Shown: piece after piece, positions 31,144 through 46,245 of the stretch
How the letters are laid out: every line of letters starts with the position of its first letter
Position numbering within the stretch: position 1 is the first letter of the stretch
NCBI GenBank assembly: GCA_965277715.1
Contig: OZ255836.1
Location: 3,104,001 to 3,168,000 of the forward strand
DNA length: 64,000 nt
Source: Gammaproteobacteria bacterium
Lineage (GTDB): Bacteria; Pseudomonadota; Gammaproteobacteria; JBCCGL01
Direction: 5' to 3'
The notes under the pieces: model-generated
What the model saw: the letters and a program-made list of their open reading frames with translations, nothing else
Told to the model about the DNA's origin: nothing
The model's database searches: none
Made by a program: the position numbers and the translations under genes

Positions 31144-31215
31144 TCTAAATTCCGCAGTTGAATCGTAGTGAGGGCGTCTAAGGTGCTGAAGATGAAGTGT
31201 TTTTACCAGAATTTT
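31144..31215 (-). mobile_element. Probable IS1380-family terminal relic
   Basis: TCTAAATTCCGCAGTTGAA resembles IS1380-type ends; an IS1380-like coding fragment lies at about 31869-31970. Confidence 0.45.
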
Positions 31216-31868
31216 CATGGGTGTACCACTAGAATCCGACCAGGAAGCTAATAACACAATGAATAACACCTGAAAAGAGCCGCCATAAGCTACAAATAGT
31301 ATTTTTTATAATATTTGTACTGTTTTTTTACAAACCGATAGCAAACTTTATAATTCAGAAAATAAATAAAATTATCCAAAAAAACACTTGTATTCACCGG
31401 TAGAATTTTTTTAAAAAATACCCATTTAATATCTGATTAAATGGGCAAAAGGTTCAATTTTATATTGTCAAATACCGCGACCCAGAAACAGGCCAATTAC
31501 ATCAATTTATTTCAACGCTACCAGAGTCAATTAACCCAGGCACTATTGCTATGCTCTATTACAGGCGTTGGACGATAGAAAAATCATTCAACAATAGTCA
31601 AAGTGATTTCACCGAAAGAAAAGCCTGGTCGTCAAACCTGAATGCGCTGAACAGTCAAATACGTTTTACTGCTATGGCTTATAATATCATGCGTATTTTT
31701 GAAGAAACATCAAAAACAAAGAGCCTGGAATGTATTCATCCATCTGATAAAAAATACACTAAAATGCTTGATAAGAGACAACAAATTGCCCAGAAAAAAG
31801 GCGGCTTTGTTAATCCATTGTTTTTTTACGCTAGAATTACTCGTATATGCTCATTCACCATCCGCTCA
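31216..31868 (+). pseudogene. Internally deleted copy of the 15979..17554 IS4-like element
   Basis: Left end and promoter region match, ATGGGCAAA is then joined to the KVQF.IVKYRDP region (roughly 0.8 kb lost); right end missing. Confidence 0.9.
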
Positions 31869-31970
31869 CTACCCGGTTTGCTATCACTGCTGAACCGTTT
31901 GCCAGCAGATAGCAAACCTGAACTTGTGCGTGGTGATATTGGTTTTGGAACAGATACCGTCATGAGCGAG
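31869..31970 (+). pseudogene. IS1380-like transposase fragment
   Basis: LPGLLSLLNRLPADSKPELVRGDIGFG (RGD catalytic-region motif). Confidence 0.6.
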
Positions 31971-32078
31971 TTAAATTACCCCCGGCAAAGCCGGGGGCTT
32001 ATTAGATGAGCGCCTCAAAGGCGCCATAAAACCATGAGCTGCCCATGGGCAGCCAACTTACACTCCAAGCTTCATTGA
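31971..32078 (-). mobile_element. Right end of an IS200/IS605-family element
   Basis: Hairpin CCCCCGGC-AAA-GCCGGGGG, GCGCCT/AGGCGC and GCTGCCCATGGGCAGC palindromes; last codons MKLGV* resemble a TnpA tail. Confidence 0.7.
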
Positions 32079-32175
32079 TACCACACACTGGAAATACGCT
32101 CCTTATTCACGTTTATTTCGCATTGGAATAAACTGAAACTTGCATTTTACCCATTCCCCTATTAGGCTTTGCTTT

Positions 32176-32237
32176 ATGGGCATTTTTATTACACGACTTA
32201 GTTAGCCCGCACGGCGTAGGCCGTGCGGGTTGTTTTG
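32176..32237 (+). promoter_or_regulatory. Candidate leuA leader/attenuator: mini-ORF plus terminator-like hairpin
   Basis: MGIFITRLS* immediately followed by CCCGCACGGC-gtag-GCCGTGCGGG-TTGTTTT. Confidence 0.5.
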
Positions 32238-32355
32238 TCGTTGTTTATTTTGTTGCTTTGATGATTGTGCCCACTATGAAAAAACTACCTTTCCCCTGCT
32301 TCCCTGCCTCTTTCTGGCGTGCGCCTGTGCGGTTGTTACCTGCACGACTTAGTAA

Positions 32356-34149
<1,794 letters not shown>

Positions 34150-34196
34150 TAAGCCCGTTACCCTAAATTAACTTAACCCCCAGAGATTTTCTCATC

Positions 34197-35627
34197 ATGC
34201 AAAACCACCTTCAGTTTTATATTAACGGTGAATGGGTTAACCCATTGACGCCCGCCAGTATCGACGTTATCAACCCGGCTACTGAGCAGGTATTTGCGCA
34301 AATCAGTGCGGGCAGCAGTGACGATATTGACCGGGCAGTAACGGCTGCCCGTGCCGCTTTCGCAGATTATTCACAGTGGAGTGTCGCGCAGCGCCTGGAA
34401 TTGCTGGAAAACATCCTCGCCATCTACCAGGATCGCAGCGACGATATCGCCGACGCTATGTCACAGGAAATGGGCGCCCCTATGCACCTGGCGCGGGGTG
34501 CACAATCGCGGCTTGGTGCAGACCATATTAAAAGCGCCATCAAGGCGCTCCGTGGCTTTACTTTTGAAACCATTGAGGGTGATATGATTCTGCGCCACGA
34601 GCCTATTGGGGTTTGCGGCATGATCACCCCGTGGAACTGGCCGATGAATCAAATGGCGGTAAAAGTACTGCCCGCGCTGGCGGCAGGCTGCACCATGGTG
34701 CTCAAGCCCAGTGAGGAAGCGCCTATCAACGCCATTGTTTTTACTGAGATACTCCACCAGGCGGGAGTTCCCGCTGGTGTGTTTAATCTGGTCAATGGTT
34801 ACGGCCCGGTTGTCGGGGAGGCTATGTCTTCACACCCCGATATCGATATGATGACCTTTACCGGTTCCACCCGTGGTGGTATCGCCGTGGCCCAGGCAGC
34901 CGCTGGTACCGTCAAACGCGTCGCACAGGAACTGGGGGGCAAGTCGGCCAACATTATTCTCGATGATGCAGACATTACCAATGCAGTCACCCAGGGTGTT
35001 CACTATTGCATGGGTAACAGTGGCCAGTCGTGCAACGCACCCAGCCGTATGTTGGTGCCCAATAAATTTATGGATGTCGCCATCGATGCAGCACGCGCCG
35101 CCGCGCAAAGTATCGCGCTTGGTGACCCGGCTGCTGAGGGCAATCATCTTGGGCCGGTGGTCAACCACACACAGTTTGAAAAAATCCAGGGGCTGATTCA
35201 GCAGGGCATCGATGAGGGCGCCACTCTGATTGCCGGTGGCACTGGCCGCCCGGATAATATCACCACCGGCTATTACGTTAAGCCGACGGTCTTTGCGCAT
35301 GTCAATAACGCCATGACCATCGCCCGCGAGGAAATCTTCGGCCCGGTTATCACCCTGATTGGCTACGACACAGACGAACAGGCCATCGACATCGCCAACG
35401 ATACCCAATACGGGTTGTCAGGTTATGTCAGCTCCGGAGATATGGAACACGCCAAAGAAGTTGCGCGGAAAATACGTGCCGGACAGGTCGCTATCAACTA
35501 CCGGGGAGGCACTACAGACTCGCCATTTGGGGGGTATAAACAGTCCGGTAATGGCCGGGAAAAAGGCCGCTTTGGCCTACTTGAATTTCTCGAACTAAAA
35601 GCGATTACAGGTTCGGTGGTGGGTTAA
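34197..35627 (+). CDS. Aldehyde dehydrogenase family protein
   Basis: ITPWNWP, FTGST, ELGGKS, GQSC, EEIFGPV, PFGGYKQSG. Confidence 0.95.
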   Translation: MQNHLQFYINGEWVNPLTPASIDVINPATEQVFAQISAGSSDDIDRAVTAARAAFADYSQWSVAQRLELLENILAIYQDRSDDIADAMSQEMGAPMHLARGAQSRLGADHIKSAIKALRGFTFETIEGDMILRHEPIGVCGMITPWNWPMNQMAVKVLPALAAGCTMVLKPSEEAPINAIVFTEILHQAGVPAGVFNLVNGYGPVVGEAMSSHPDIDMMTFTGSTRGGIAVAQAAAGTVKRVAQELGGKSANIILDDADITNAVTQGVHYCMGNSGQSCNAPSRMLVPNKFMDVAIDAARAAAQSIALGDPAAEGNHLGPVVNHTQFEKIQGLIQQGIDEGATLIAGGTGRPDNITTGYYVKPTVFAHVNNAMTIAREEIFGPVITLIGYDTDEQAIDIANDTQYGLSGYVSSGDMEHAKEVARKIRAGQVAINYRGGTTDSPFGGYKQSGNGREKGRFGLLEFLELKAITGSVVG

Positions 35628-35659
35628 TACTGGCAGGCTCAAGTATCCGTTGAATAGAT

Positions 35660-35684
35660 TATCGCCACTGAGATAGTGGCGATA
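35660..35684. terminator. Hairpin between convergent aldh and mnmE
   Basis: TATCGCCACT-gagat-AGTGGCGATA. Confidence 0.5.
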
Positions 35685-35755
35685 CGCTCTCGTCCCTCTG
35701 AGTGAGTTTCCGCGACAACCAATACGACGTTTGTGGAATAGAATGGAGCTGTCAT

Positions 35756-37096
35756 TTATTTGCCGATACAAAAACTGGAAAAAATCTCTCCCAACAAATC
35801 ATCGCTGGTGTAATCCCCGGTGATGTTTTGCAATGACTGCTGAGCTAAATTAAAGTCCTCTGCGGCCAGTTCGGGAAACGTTTTTTGTGAAAGGTTTAAT
35901 AGCCCATCGGCAATGTGTTTTTCGGCGCGCTGCAAGGCGTCGAGGTGACGGCGCCTGGCGATAAACGGGCTTTCGACAAGATGAGAAAATCCACTGATCT
36001 GTTTCAGGTGGTTTTTAAGTAAATCAATGCCTTCTCCGGTCTTGGCGCTGAGGTAAATACAGGCACTGTTGTCAGCGTACTCAATCCGCGCAGTTTGTTG
36101 TTGCAAGTCAATTTTATTGACCACGGTGTCGTGGGGCACATTCAAAAGCTCAGCCGGTATACTTGCCGCTTCATCACCCGACTGACACAGATACAGCACA
36201 CGATCTGCCTTTTGGATTTCGGCCTGCGCCCGGCGAATACCTTCGCGTTCTATCGGGTCACCACTATCACGCAAACCAGCGGTATCGATAACCGTAACCG
36301 GCAAACCATCGATTTGAATATGCTCGCGCAATACGTCCCGGGTGGTGCCGGCAATATCGGTGATAATCGCCGCATCGTGCCCCACAAGTCGATTGAGCAG
36401 GCTCGATTTACCCACATTGGGGGCACCACTGATAACCAGGGCGATGCCCTCCTGAAGCAGGCGACCCTGTTCGGCAATCGCAGTGGTTTCGCGCAAGGTT
36501 GTTTGCAGTTGTTGAACGCGCTGGTGCAGCGCATTGTCGGCCAGAAAATCGACATCTTCTTCTGAAAAATCCAATGCGGCCTCGATATACACACGCACCG
36601 CAATGAGTTGCTCAATCAATACTTGCGCACGCCGGGAGAAATCACCCGCCAGCGAGCGAACCGCCGCACGCGCCGCCGCCTGGCTGCGCGCCTCAATCAA
36701 ATCGATAACCGACTCGGCCTGCGCCAGGTCAAGCTTGCCATTGAGGAATGCGCGCTCGGTAAATTCACCGGGCCTCGCCAATCTCGCACCCAAGGAAACA
36801 CAGCGTTCAAGTAGACCCGACAGTACTACGGGCGAACCATGCCCCTGTAGTTCGAGTACGTCTTCGCCCGTGTAACTCTGGGGTGATGGGTAGAATAAAA
36901 CGATACCCTGATCGAGTATCTCACCTGCCATGCCACGGAAATTCGCATAGCCCGCCTGCCGGGGAGAGGGGAGAGGGTGGCCGCTGATAGCCTGTGCAAT
37001 GGGTTTGGCCAGGGAGCCACTGACGCGCACGATACCAATACCGCCACGCCCCGGTGCCGTGCCAACAGCGGCGATGGTTTCACTATCAGAGACCAT
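35756..37096 (-). CDS. mnmE: tRNA modification GTPase MnmE
   Basis: GAPNVGKSS, GTTRD, DTAG, NKID, FCIGK. Confidence 0.97.
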   Translation of the reverse strand: MVSDSETIAAVGTAPGRGGIGIVRVSGSLAKPIAQAISGHPLPSPRQAGYANFRGMAGEILDQGIVLFYPSPQSYTGEDVLELQGHGSPVVLSGLLERCVSLGARLARPGEFTERAFLNGKLDLAQAESVIDLIEARSQAAARAAVRSLAGDFSRRAQVLIEQLIAVRVYIEAALDFSEEDVDFLADNALHQRVQQLQTTLRETTAIAEQGRLLQEGIALVISGAPNVGKSSLLNRLVGHDAAIITDIAGTTRDVLREHIQIDGLPVTVIDTAGLRDSGDPIEREGIRRAQAEIQKADRVLYLCQSGDEAASIPAELLNVPHDTVVNKIDLQQQTARIEYADNSACIYLSAKTGEGIDLLKNHLKQISGFSHLVESPFIARRRHLDALQRAEKHIADGLLNLSQKTFPELAAEDFNLAQQSLQNITGDYTSDDLLGEIFSSFCIGK

Positions 37097-37111
37097 CGCG
37101 TTGTTCAGTGT

Positions 37112-38791
37112 TTACTTTTTTGTGCCTTCTGCCAGCACATGTCGGGTAATGTAGTACTGTTGTGCAATCGACAAGGTGTTGTTGGCGACCCAGTAAAGCA
37201 CCAGCCCCGCCGGGAAAAATGCAAAGAAGATGGTGAATACAAAAGGCATCGCCATAAAAATTTTTGCCTGAATCGGGTCTACTGGCGCAGGGTTGAGTTT
37301 TTGCTGAATCAACATGGTCGCGCCCATGATCAGCGGCAAGACATAATATGGGTCTTTGATCGCCAGATCCTCAATCCAGAGAATAAAGGGTGCCTGGCGC
37401 AATTCAACACTTTCCAATAGCATCCAGTACAAGGCAATAAATACTGGAATCTGAACCAAAATTGGCAGGCAGCCCCCCAGTGGATTGACCTTTTCCTTTT
37501 TATACATCTCCATCGTAGCCTGGCCCATCTTTGTACGGTCATCGCCAAAACGGTCTTTCAGGGCTTGTAGCTGCGGTTGCAGTTTGCGCATACGCGCCAT
37601 TGAGCGATAGCTGATTTCAGATAATTTATAAAACACCAGTTTAATTGCCAATGTCACGATCAGGATTGCCCAACCCCAGTTGCCAACGTAGCTGTGAATC
37701 CATTTTAAAAATACAAAAAGTGGTTCAGCAATAATCGATAGAAAACCATAGTCAACCGTGAGATTGAGGTTATCGGCCACCTTGGCCAGATCATCCTGAA
37801 TTTTTGGCCCGGCGTATAGCGTGCTGGTAAAACGCCCACTTTCACCCGCAGGCACCGTGAGCGCACTTGAGTAAAGTCCCAGAATAAAACGGTTTTTATC
37901 GGCGAGCGCCCTGGTGTAGTAGGTGTTGTTTTCGTCTGCGGCGGGCGCCCATGCGGCGAGAAAATAATGTTGAATAATTGCTGCCCAACCACCTGTAATT
38001 TTCCGTTTCAGGTTTGTTTCCAGCATATCGTCAAAGTTGATTTTCTCGTAACGGTTTTCTTCACTGCTGATCACACCACCAATATAGGCCTGGGTACCAA
38101 ACATCGACCCGCCTTCATCGGTAATGCCTTTGCGCTGTAGCTGCCGGTATTGGTTGCCAACCCATGCTGTTTCACGGTTATTCTGGATATGGTATTCGAT
38201 ATCGATAACGTGGGTGCCGGACCGAAATACAAAGGTTTTGGTGACCTCAACACCGTCTTCACGCCAGAGCATCGGCACACGCAGTACATCCTGATCCGCT
38301 TCAAGCTGGTACTCACTCTGCGCCACCTGGTACACCGTATGGTGAGTCGGCACCGGACTCTCTTTAGATTGCAGGCCGGACTGGGCAATAAAAAATGTTT
38401 CCGGTGAATCGCTCATCAGCAAAAAGGGGGTATCCGGCTGTTCAATCGATACCGGGTATTTATTCAGCTTAACCTCAAGAACATTGCCGCCTTTGCTGCT
38501 CAACACAACATCGATAGTATCGGTTGATACCCTTACCAGCGACCCACCGGTTGCGCCGTTGTCCTCGACGCTGCTGGGATTTAGTGCTGCACTGGTATCT
38601 GTGCCACCCAATTCTGCCTCGGGCACATCGTCACTGCGGTTGTTGCTATCGGTCGACAGTGTATCGCCGCTTTGCTGCATTGTTTGCGCAGGTGCCTGTG
38701 CCATTGGCGCATAATCGATCTGCCACTGTTGCCAGAGAATCAGCAAAACAAAGCCGAGCGCGGCGAAAAGAAACAGGCGTTGATTATCCAT
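37112..38791 (-). CDS. yidC: Membrane protein insertase YidC
   Basis: VDYG, GNWGWAI, NPLGGCLP, ELRQAPF. Confidence 0.97.
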   Translation of the reverse strand: MDNQRLFLFAALGFVLLILWQQWQIDYAPMAQAPAQTMQQSGDTLSTDSNNRSDDVPEAELGGTDTSAALNPSSVEDNGATGGSLVRVSTDTIDVVLSSKGGNVLEVKLNKYPVSIEQPDTPFLLMSDSPETFFIAQSGLQSKESPVPTHHTVYQVAQSEYQLEADQDVLRVPMLWREDGVEVTKTFVFRSGTHVIDIEYHIQNNRETAWVGNQYRQLQRKGITDEGGSMFGTQAYIGGVISSEENRYEKINFDDMLETNLKRKITGGWAAIIQHYFLAAWAPAADENNTYYTRALADKNRFILGLYSSALTVPAGESGRFTSTLYAGPKIQDDLAKVADNLNLTVDYGFLSIIAEPLFVFLKWIHSYVGNWGWAILIVTLAIKLVFYKLSEISYRSMARMRKLQPQLQALKDRFGDDRTKMGQATMEMYKKEKVNPLGGCLPILVQIPVFIALYWMLLESVELRQAPFILWIEDLAIKDPYYVLPLIMGATMLIQQKLNPAPVDPIQAKIFMAMPFVFTIFFAFFPAGLVLYWVANNTLSIAQQYYITRHVLAEGTKK

Positions 38792-38797
38792 CGGTTA

Positions 38798-39106
38798 TTA
38801 TTGCTCTTGGGTTATGGCGTTTTTGTTAGTGTGCTGGCGTGAGTTGTTTTTAATCTGACGATCTGTTGAATCTTCGGGCACGGGGTCATAACCAGCGGCA
38901 GCAAACGGGTGGCATCGACAAATCCTACTACCGGCGAGACACCCCCCTTTCAACACACCGTGAATATGCACCGCTTCCAGTGCATATTCAGAGCAGCTTG
39001 GCACAAACCGGCAGCTCGGTGGAAAAAATGGGCTGATCAGATAGCGATAAGCTCGAATCAGGGTGATTACCAGGGTAGCCACTGGGCTGGTTATTATCGT
39101 GTGCAT
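38798..39106 (-). CDS. yidD: Membrane protein insertion efficiency factor YidD
   Basis: CRFVPSCSEY, RICRCHPF, GYDPVP. Confidence 0.93.
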   Translation of the reverse strand: MHTIITSPVATLVITLIRAYRYLISPFFPPSCRFVPSCSEYALEAVHIHGVLKGGCLAGSRICRCHPFAAAGYDPVPEDSTDRQIKNNSRQHTNKNAITQEQ

Positions 39107-39546
39107 TTTCTGTTCAGTTTCAACCACATTTCATCGAGATTACGTTGAAGCGTGTAGGTGTTAACAGACTGTATTCCGCGCCTTACCAACACAATAATAT
39201 CGATGCCGGTCAGGGTGTGTTGATGCCTTCTGAAACTTTCCCTGACAGCGCGTTTGACCCGGTTCCTGTCGACGGCACGTTTGAGGTGTTTTTTGGCAAT
39301 CGCCAACCCCAACCTGGGTACATCACCCTCACTGCATCTACCCAACAACAATAAATGTTGATTGGTGACACTGCTACTTTTAGCAAATACGCGCCGGTAA
39401 TCCCTCGATTCGGTCAATCGACACCGACGGGGGAAAGTAAAACACCGCGAGGCGCACTCAGTATTCAGTTTGGTATCAGGTTTGAGGCAAACACTGCGCC
39501 CGGAATTAAGCGCTGAGGCGTGCACGGCCTTTGGCACGGCGCGCAC
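39094..39546 (-). CDS. rnpA: Ribonuclease P protein component (true start lies downstream of rpmH, position uncertain)
   Basis: [25 protein letters not shown]; synteny. Confidence 0.92.
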   Translation of the reverse strand: MRAVPKAVHASALNSGRSVCLKPDTKLNTECASRCFTFPRRCRLTESRDYRRVFAKSSSVTNQHLLLLGRCSEGDVPRLGLAIAKKHLKRAVDRNRVKRAVRESFRRHQHTLTGIDIIVLVRRGIQSVNTYTLQRNLDEMWLKLNRKCTR

Positions 39547-39640
39547 GGATTATCGCCTGCCCCGATTTGGTCGCCATGCGCGCACGAAAACCATGATTAC
39601 GTTTGCGTTTAAGCACGCTGGGCTGGAAAGTTCTTTTCAT
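39506..39640 (-). CDS. rpmH: 50S ribosomal protein L34
   Basis: Manual translation [44 protein letters not shown]. Confidence 0.98.
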   Translation of the reverse strand: MKRTFQPSVLKRKRNHGFRARMATKSGQAIIRARRAKGRARLSA

Positions 39641-39770
39641 GACCGATCTCGGATAGTGCTAGCCTGAAACAGGCCAGCAAAAGATTAAAAGCGCGAAATA
39701 ATACCAAAAAATTTGTATATACGTCAATCTGTAAACGATTTTCCGTTGCGCCACCTGGCTGGAAAAAGCT

Positions 39771-39779
39771 TGTGGATAA
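39771..39779 (-). promoter_or_regulatory. DnaA box in the dnaA promoter region
   Basis: TGTGGATAA, the reverse complement of TTATCCACA. Confidence 0.85.
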
Positions 39780-39918
39780 GGTTTATAAACAGGTATACAC
39801 TTTTGTTACTTTTTTGCAAACCCGCAGCGAATACTGCAGCTGTAGATATTTCTGGGGAAACCATTGTGAAATACCAACAATTTACTTGTCGCCTTTATCT
39901 TCGGGAACCTGGCCCACT

Positions 39919-41286
39919 GTGAGCGCTACTGTCTGGAATCGCTGTTTAAAACAACTGGAAAATGAGCTATCTGAACAACAGCTCAATACCTGGATTCGCC
40001 CGCTCCAAGCCAGCCTGGAAAACGACAACCTGCATTTATTTGCGCCCAATCGCTTTGTGCTCGACTGGGTGCGTGATAACTTTTACGAGCACATTCGCAA
40101 TATTCTCACCAACCTGGAAGGATACCCACCAATTACGGTATCGCTGGAAATTGGCACGCACTCTCCCAGAGTAAACACTGGGGTAAATGCCGTAGCAGAA
40201 CCCGCTGCGGATTACAAGGTATCCTCTGCACGCGAGAATCCAAACAAGCTAACCACCCAGGCAGTACCACATAACCTAAACCGCCTGTTTACGTTTGATA
40301 CCTTTGTCGAAGGCAAATCGAATCAGCTTGGCCGTGCCGCTTCATCGCAGGTTGCCGTTAACCCCGGTACCGCCTACAACCCTTTATTTATCTACGGTGG
40401 AGTGGGCTTAGGCAAAACCCACTTAATGCACGCCGTTGGCAACAGGATGCTGGAAAGTAACCCACAGGCACGCATTCGCTATTTACACTCGGAGCGCTTT
40501 GTCGCTGAAATGGTTAAGGCTTTGCAACGCAACACCATTAATGATTTCAAACGCCACTACCGCTCACTCAATGCTTTATTGATCGACGATATTCAGTTTT
40601 TTGCCGGTAAGGAACGTTCACAGGAAGAGTTTTTCCACACGTTCAATGCATTGCTTGAGGGCAGCCAGCAAATTATTCTCACCTGTGATCGTTATCCCAA
40701 GGAAATTGTTGGGTTGGAAGAGCGCTTAAAATCCCGTTTTGGCTGGGGCTTAACCGTGTGTATCGAACCACCTGAGCTGGAAACCCGCGTTGCTATTTTA
40801 CAAAGCAAAGCAGAGCAGGCGAAGGTTTCACTGCCCAGTGAGGTGGCCTTTTTTATGGCCAAACGAATACGTTCAAATGTACGTGAGCTGGAAGGGGCGC
40901 TGCGACGGGTAATGGCTAACTCCCATTTTACCGGGACACCGATCACGCTCGATTTTGCCCGCGAGGCACTGCGCGACCTATTAGCCGTACAGGACAAACT
41001 GGTTACCATAGAAAATATCCAAAAAACCGTGGCCGAGTACTTCAAAATTCGCGTCAGCGATCTACACTCGAAACGTCGCACACGTTCAATTACACGACCA
41101 AGACAGATAGCCATGTGTTTATCCAAAGAATTAACCAGTCATAGCCTGCCTGAAATTGGTGAGGAATTTGGCGGGAGGGACCACACTACGGTGCTCCACG
41201 CCTGTCGTAAAGTTAACGAGTTGCGTGAATCTGACACCCGAATTAATGAAGATTACATGAATTTAAACCGAACACTATCCAGCTAA
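39919..41286 (+). CDS. dnaA: Chromosomal replication initiator DnaA
   Basis: [25 protein letters not shown]; GTG start at [10 protein letters not shown]. Confidence 0.98.
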   Translation: MSATVWNRCLKQLENELSEQQLNTWIRPLQASLENDNLHLFAPNRFVLDWVRDNFYEHIRNILTNLEGYPPITVSLEIGTHSPRVNTGVNAVAEPAADYKVSSARENPNKLTTQAVPHNLNRLFTFDTFVEGKSNQLGRAASSQVAVNPGTAYNPLFIYGGVGLGKTHLMHAVGNRMLESNPQARIRYLHSERFVAEMVKALQRNTINDFKRHYRSLNALLIDDIQFFAGKERSQEEFFHTFNALLEGSQQIILTCDRYPKEIVGLEERLKSRFGWGLTVCIEPPELETRVAILQSKAEQAKVSLPSEVAFFMAKRIRSNVRELEGALRRVMANSHFTGTPITLDFAREALRDLLAVQDKLVTIENIQKTVAEYFKIRVSDLHSKRRTRSITRPRQIAMCLSKELTSHSLPEIGEEFGGRDHTTVLHACRKVNELRESDTRINEDYMNLNRTLSS

Positions 41287-41509
41287 CAGGCAACAATATA
41301 GCTAATATGTGTGTAATGGTGGGATAAACCTGTGAATAAGCAGTACACTTAAACTTATCCACAATTCAAACACAGGCTTCTGTATTTTAGTCCACTGTTA
41401 TTGGTTCACTTTTTACATTTTAACTTATTGATTTATAAGTATAAAATAGTTAACCCCGGAATTAACAGGACTAGTAGTAATAATAATTAGGTTTATAGGT
41501 ATATAAATA
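41287..41509. other. Probable oriC
   Basis: DnaA boxes TGTGAATAA (41331) and TTATCCACA (41355), IHF consensus at 41421-41433, TAGTAGTAATAATAA DnaA-trio-like run at 41472, AT-rich. Confidence 0.8.
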
Positions 41510-42610
41510 ATGAAATTAAGCATACAGCGAGAAGCCTTTCTCAAACCTCTGTTACAGACGGTAGGCGCTGTTGAACGCCGTCAAACACTGCCTGCGTTAG
41601 GCCACTTTCTATTGTCTGCCAGAGATGGGTTGTTGCTAATAACAGCGACTGATTTGGAAATTGAGCTATTTGCCAAAACGGCTGCACATATTCAAGAAGA
41701 GGGAGAAACCACTGTTCCCGCCCGTAAATTAGTCGATATTTGTCGATCACTTCCCGAAGGGGCTGAAATCAACTTTACCTCAACGGGTGATAAAGCGGTA
41801 CTCAGTGCGGGAAAGAGCCGTTTTACCTTGTCGACGCTACCCGTTAGCGAGTTTCCCTCACTCGACGACTTTGGTATTGCCAATGGTTTTGATATTGCCC
41901 AATCCCAGTTACAAAAGGCGATTAATAAAACAGCATTCTCAATGGCACAACAAGACGTTCGCTATTATTTGAACGGCTTATTATTTGAGGTATCAAACGA
42001 ACAGTTACGCTGTGTCGCAACAGATGGCCATCGTTTATCGTTGAGCACGGTAAAGACTGATACAGGGATCGATCAAACAACACAGGTGATTGTGCCACGA
42101 AAGGGGGTTAACGAATTATCCCGTCTATTGAGTGATACGGATGAAGCAGCCGAGTTTCAGCTTTCTGGTAATCATATACGCGTCAATCTACCCGAGGTAC
42201 GCTTTACCTCGAAGCTGATTGATGGGAAATTTCCCGATTACTACCGCGTACTTCCCGAGGGCAATGACAAAACAGTTATTGCCGACCGTGAATTGTTACG
42301 CCAGTCTTTGTCACGTGCTGCAATTTTATCGAATGAAAAGTATAAAGGCGTTCGGTTGAGCATTGCCGATAACCTTATGAATATAAAAACACATAACCCT
42401 GACCACGAAGAGGCAGAGGATGAGCTTTCCGTTGAGTATCAGGGCGAGTCTTTTGAAGTAGGCTTTAATGTTGTGTACTTACTGGACATTCTCAACACAT
42501 TGGAAGGTAATACAATAAAAATCAACTTGCGCGACTCAAACAGTTCCTGCCTGGCAACGGAAGTGGGTTCAGATGACTTTCGCTATGTTGTCATGCCCAT
42601 GCGTTTATAG
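41510..42610 (+). CDS. dnaN: DNA polymerase III beta clamp
   Basis: ATDLEIE, QDVRYYLNG, ATDGHRL, VVMPMRL. Confidence 0.98.
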   Translation: MKLSIQREAFLKPLLQTVGAVERRQTLPALGHFLLSARDGLLLITATDLEIELFAKTAAHIQEEGETTVPARKLVDICRSLPEGAEINFTSTGDKAVLSAGKSRFTLSTLPVSEFPSLDDFGIANGFDIAQSQLQKAINKTAFSMAQQDVRYYLNGLLFEVSNEQLRCVATDGHRLSLSTVKTDTGIDQTTQVIVPRKGVNELSRLLSDTDEAAEFQLSGNHIRVNLPEVRFTSKLIDGKFPDYYRVLPEGNDKTVIADRELLRQSLSRAAILSNEKYKGVRLSIADNLMNIKTHNPDHEEAEDELSVEYQGESFEVGFNVVYLLDILNTLEGNTIKINLRDSNSSCLATEVGSDDFRYVVMPMRL

Positions 42611-42619
42611 GGCAATGCG

Positions 42620-43702
42620 GTGCAATTCACCCGGATTAATTTCCGGAATACACGCATTGTAGAAAGCGCCAGTATTGAACCGGGTGCAGGGTTTAACTAT
42701 TTTGTCGGCGATAATGGCGCAGGGAAAACCAGCTTATTAGAAGGTATTCATATACTTTCCACAGGTAGTTCTTTTAGAACCCGAAAACCGGCTAATTTAA
42801 TCCGCTATGAACAAGCTACACTGCAATCATTTGCAGAATTCATTTATCGCTATGACGAAAAACCCCACACTATAGGTGTAGAGCGCGCCCGTAACGGTAC
42901 AACGCAGGCAAAAATTGACCGTGCACATACGCATCGCCTGGCTGATCTAACACAAACTATACCTATATTGGCTTTACACCCTGAGATACACCAGCTAATT
43001 AATGGCAGCCCGCTATTGCGCCGAAAATTGATAGATTGGGGTGTGTTTCACGTGGAACCAGATTTTATCGCTACATGGCGGGAATACAAACGGTTGTTAG
43101 AACAGCGTAATGCCGCGTTAAAACAAGCAGCAGATAACGCGACAATAAGTGTTTGGGATAAAGGCCTAGCAGAGGCGGGAGAACGTTTACACGGTTATCG
43201 CGCAAGTTACTTATCTGAATTGACGCCCTTTTTACGATGTCTTTTGGCTAAAGTAGAGTGGGGCGCTGATATGGTGTTGTCAATACGTGCTGGCTGGAAC
43301 GAACAAATACCTTTAATCGATGAGTTGAGTAATGCGTTGCCAAGGGATCGTTTGTATCGTTCAACCAGTCCCGGCCCACACAGGGCGGAGCTTGTTATTA
43401 AAGAAAAGGGGAATGAAATTCGCCATGTATTCTCCCGTGGCCAGCAAAAGCTATTTATTTACTTATTGAAAATAGCGCAGGCTAACCACTTGTGCCAAGT
43501 GCGCAATATTCATAGTGTGTTTCTCTGTGATGATTTACCCGCAGAACTTGATGAAAATAAACGTAAACTTATCAGTAATGAATTACTTTCCTCCGGTTAT
43601 CAGGTCTTTGCTACCAGCGTTAACACATTAACCACAGAATTTGAGTCATTGGAAAGCCGGGTGTTTCACGTGGAACACGGTCATGTTCGTCAGGTGTTAT
43701 AA
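42620..43702 (+). CDS. recF: DNA replication/repair protein RecF
   Basis: GDNGAGKTS, GPHRAE, SRGQQK, DDLPAELD. Confidence 0.95.
   Translation: MQFTRINFRNTRIVESASIEPGAGFNYFVGDNGAGKTSLLEGIHILSTGSSFRTRKPANLIRYEQATLQSFAEFIYRYDEKPHTIGVERARNGTTQAKIDRAHTHRLADLTQTIPILALHPEIHQLINGSPLLRRKLIDWGVFHVEPDFIATWREYKRLLEQRNAALKQAADNATISVWDKGLAEAGERLHGYRASYLSELTPFLRCLLAKVEWGADMVLSIRAGWNEQIPLIDELSNALPRDRLYRSTSPGPHRAELVIKEKGNEIRHVFSRGQQKLFIYLLKIAQANHLCQVRNIHSVFLCDDLPAELDENKRKLISNELLSSGYQVFATSVNTLTTEFESLESRVFHVEHGHVRQVL
43044..43059. promoter_or_regulatory. parS site within recF
   Basis: TGTTTCACGTGGAACC. Confidence 0.8.
43662..43677. promoter_or_regulatory. parS site within the recF 3' end
   Basis: TGTTTCACGTGGAACA. 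Confidence 0.88.
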
Positions 43703-43715
43703 TCGCGCCACTTAA

Positions 43716-46139
<2,424 letters not shown>

Positions 46140-46245
46140 GCTAATCGCCCTAATTTACCTGGCTGATACTAATGAATTAGCGTGTTGTTTTAAATAACTG
46201 ACTAATGTAATTAAAATCACGAAAACAAACCAATATAGAAACCGA

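Noticed and set aside
39772-39918. 49-aa N-terminal extension of DnaA
   Set aside because: It starts inside a DnaA box in the promoter; the conserved N-terminus begins at GTG 39919
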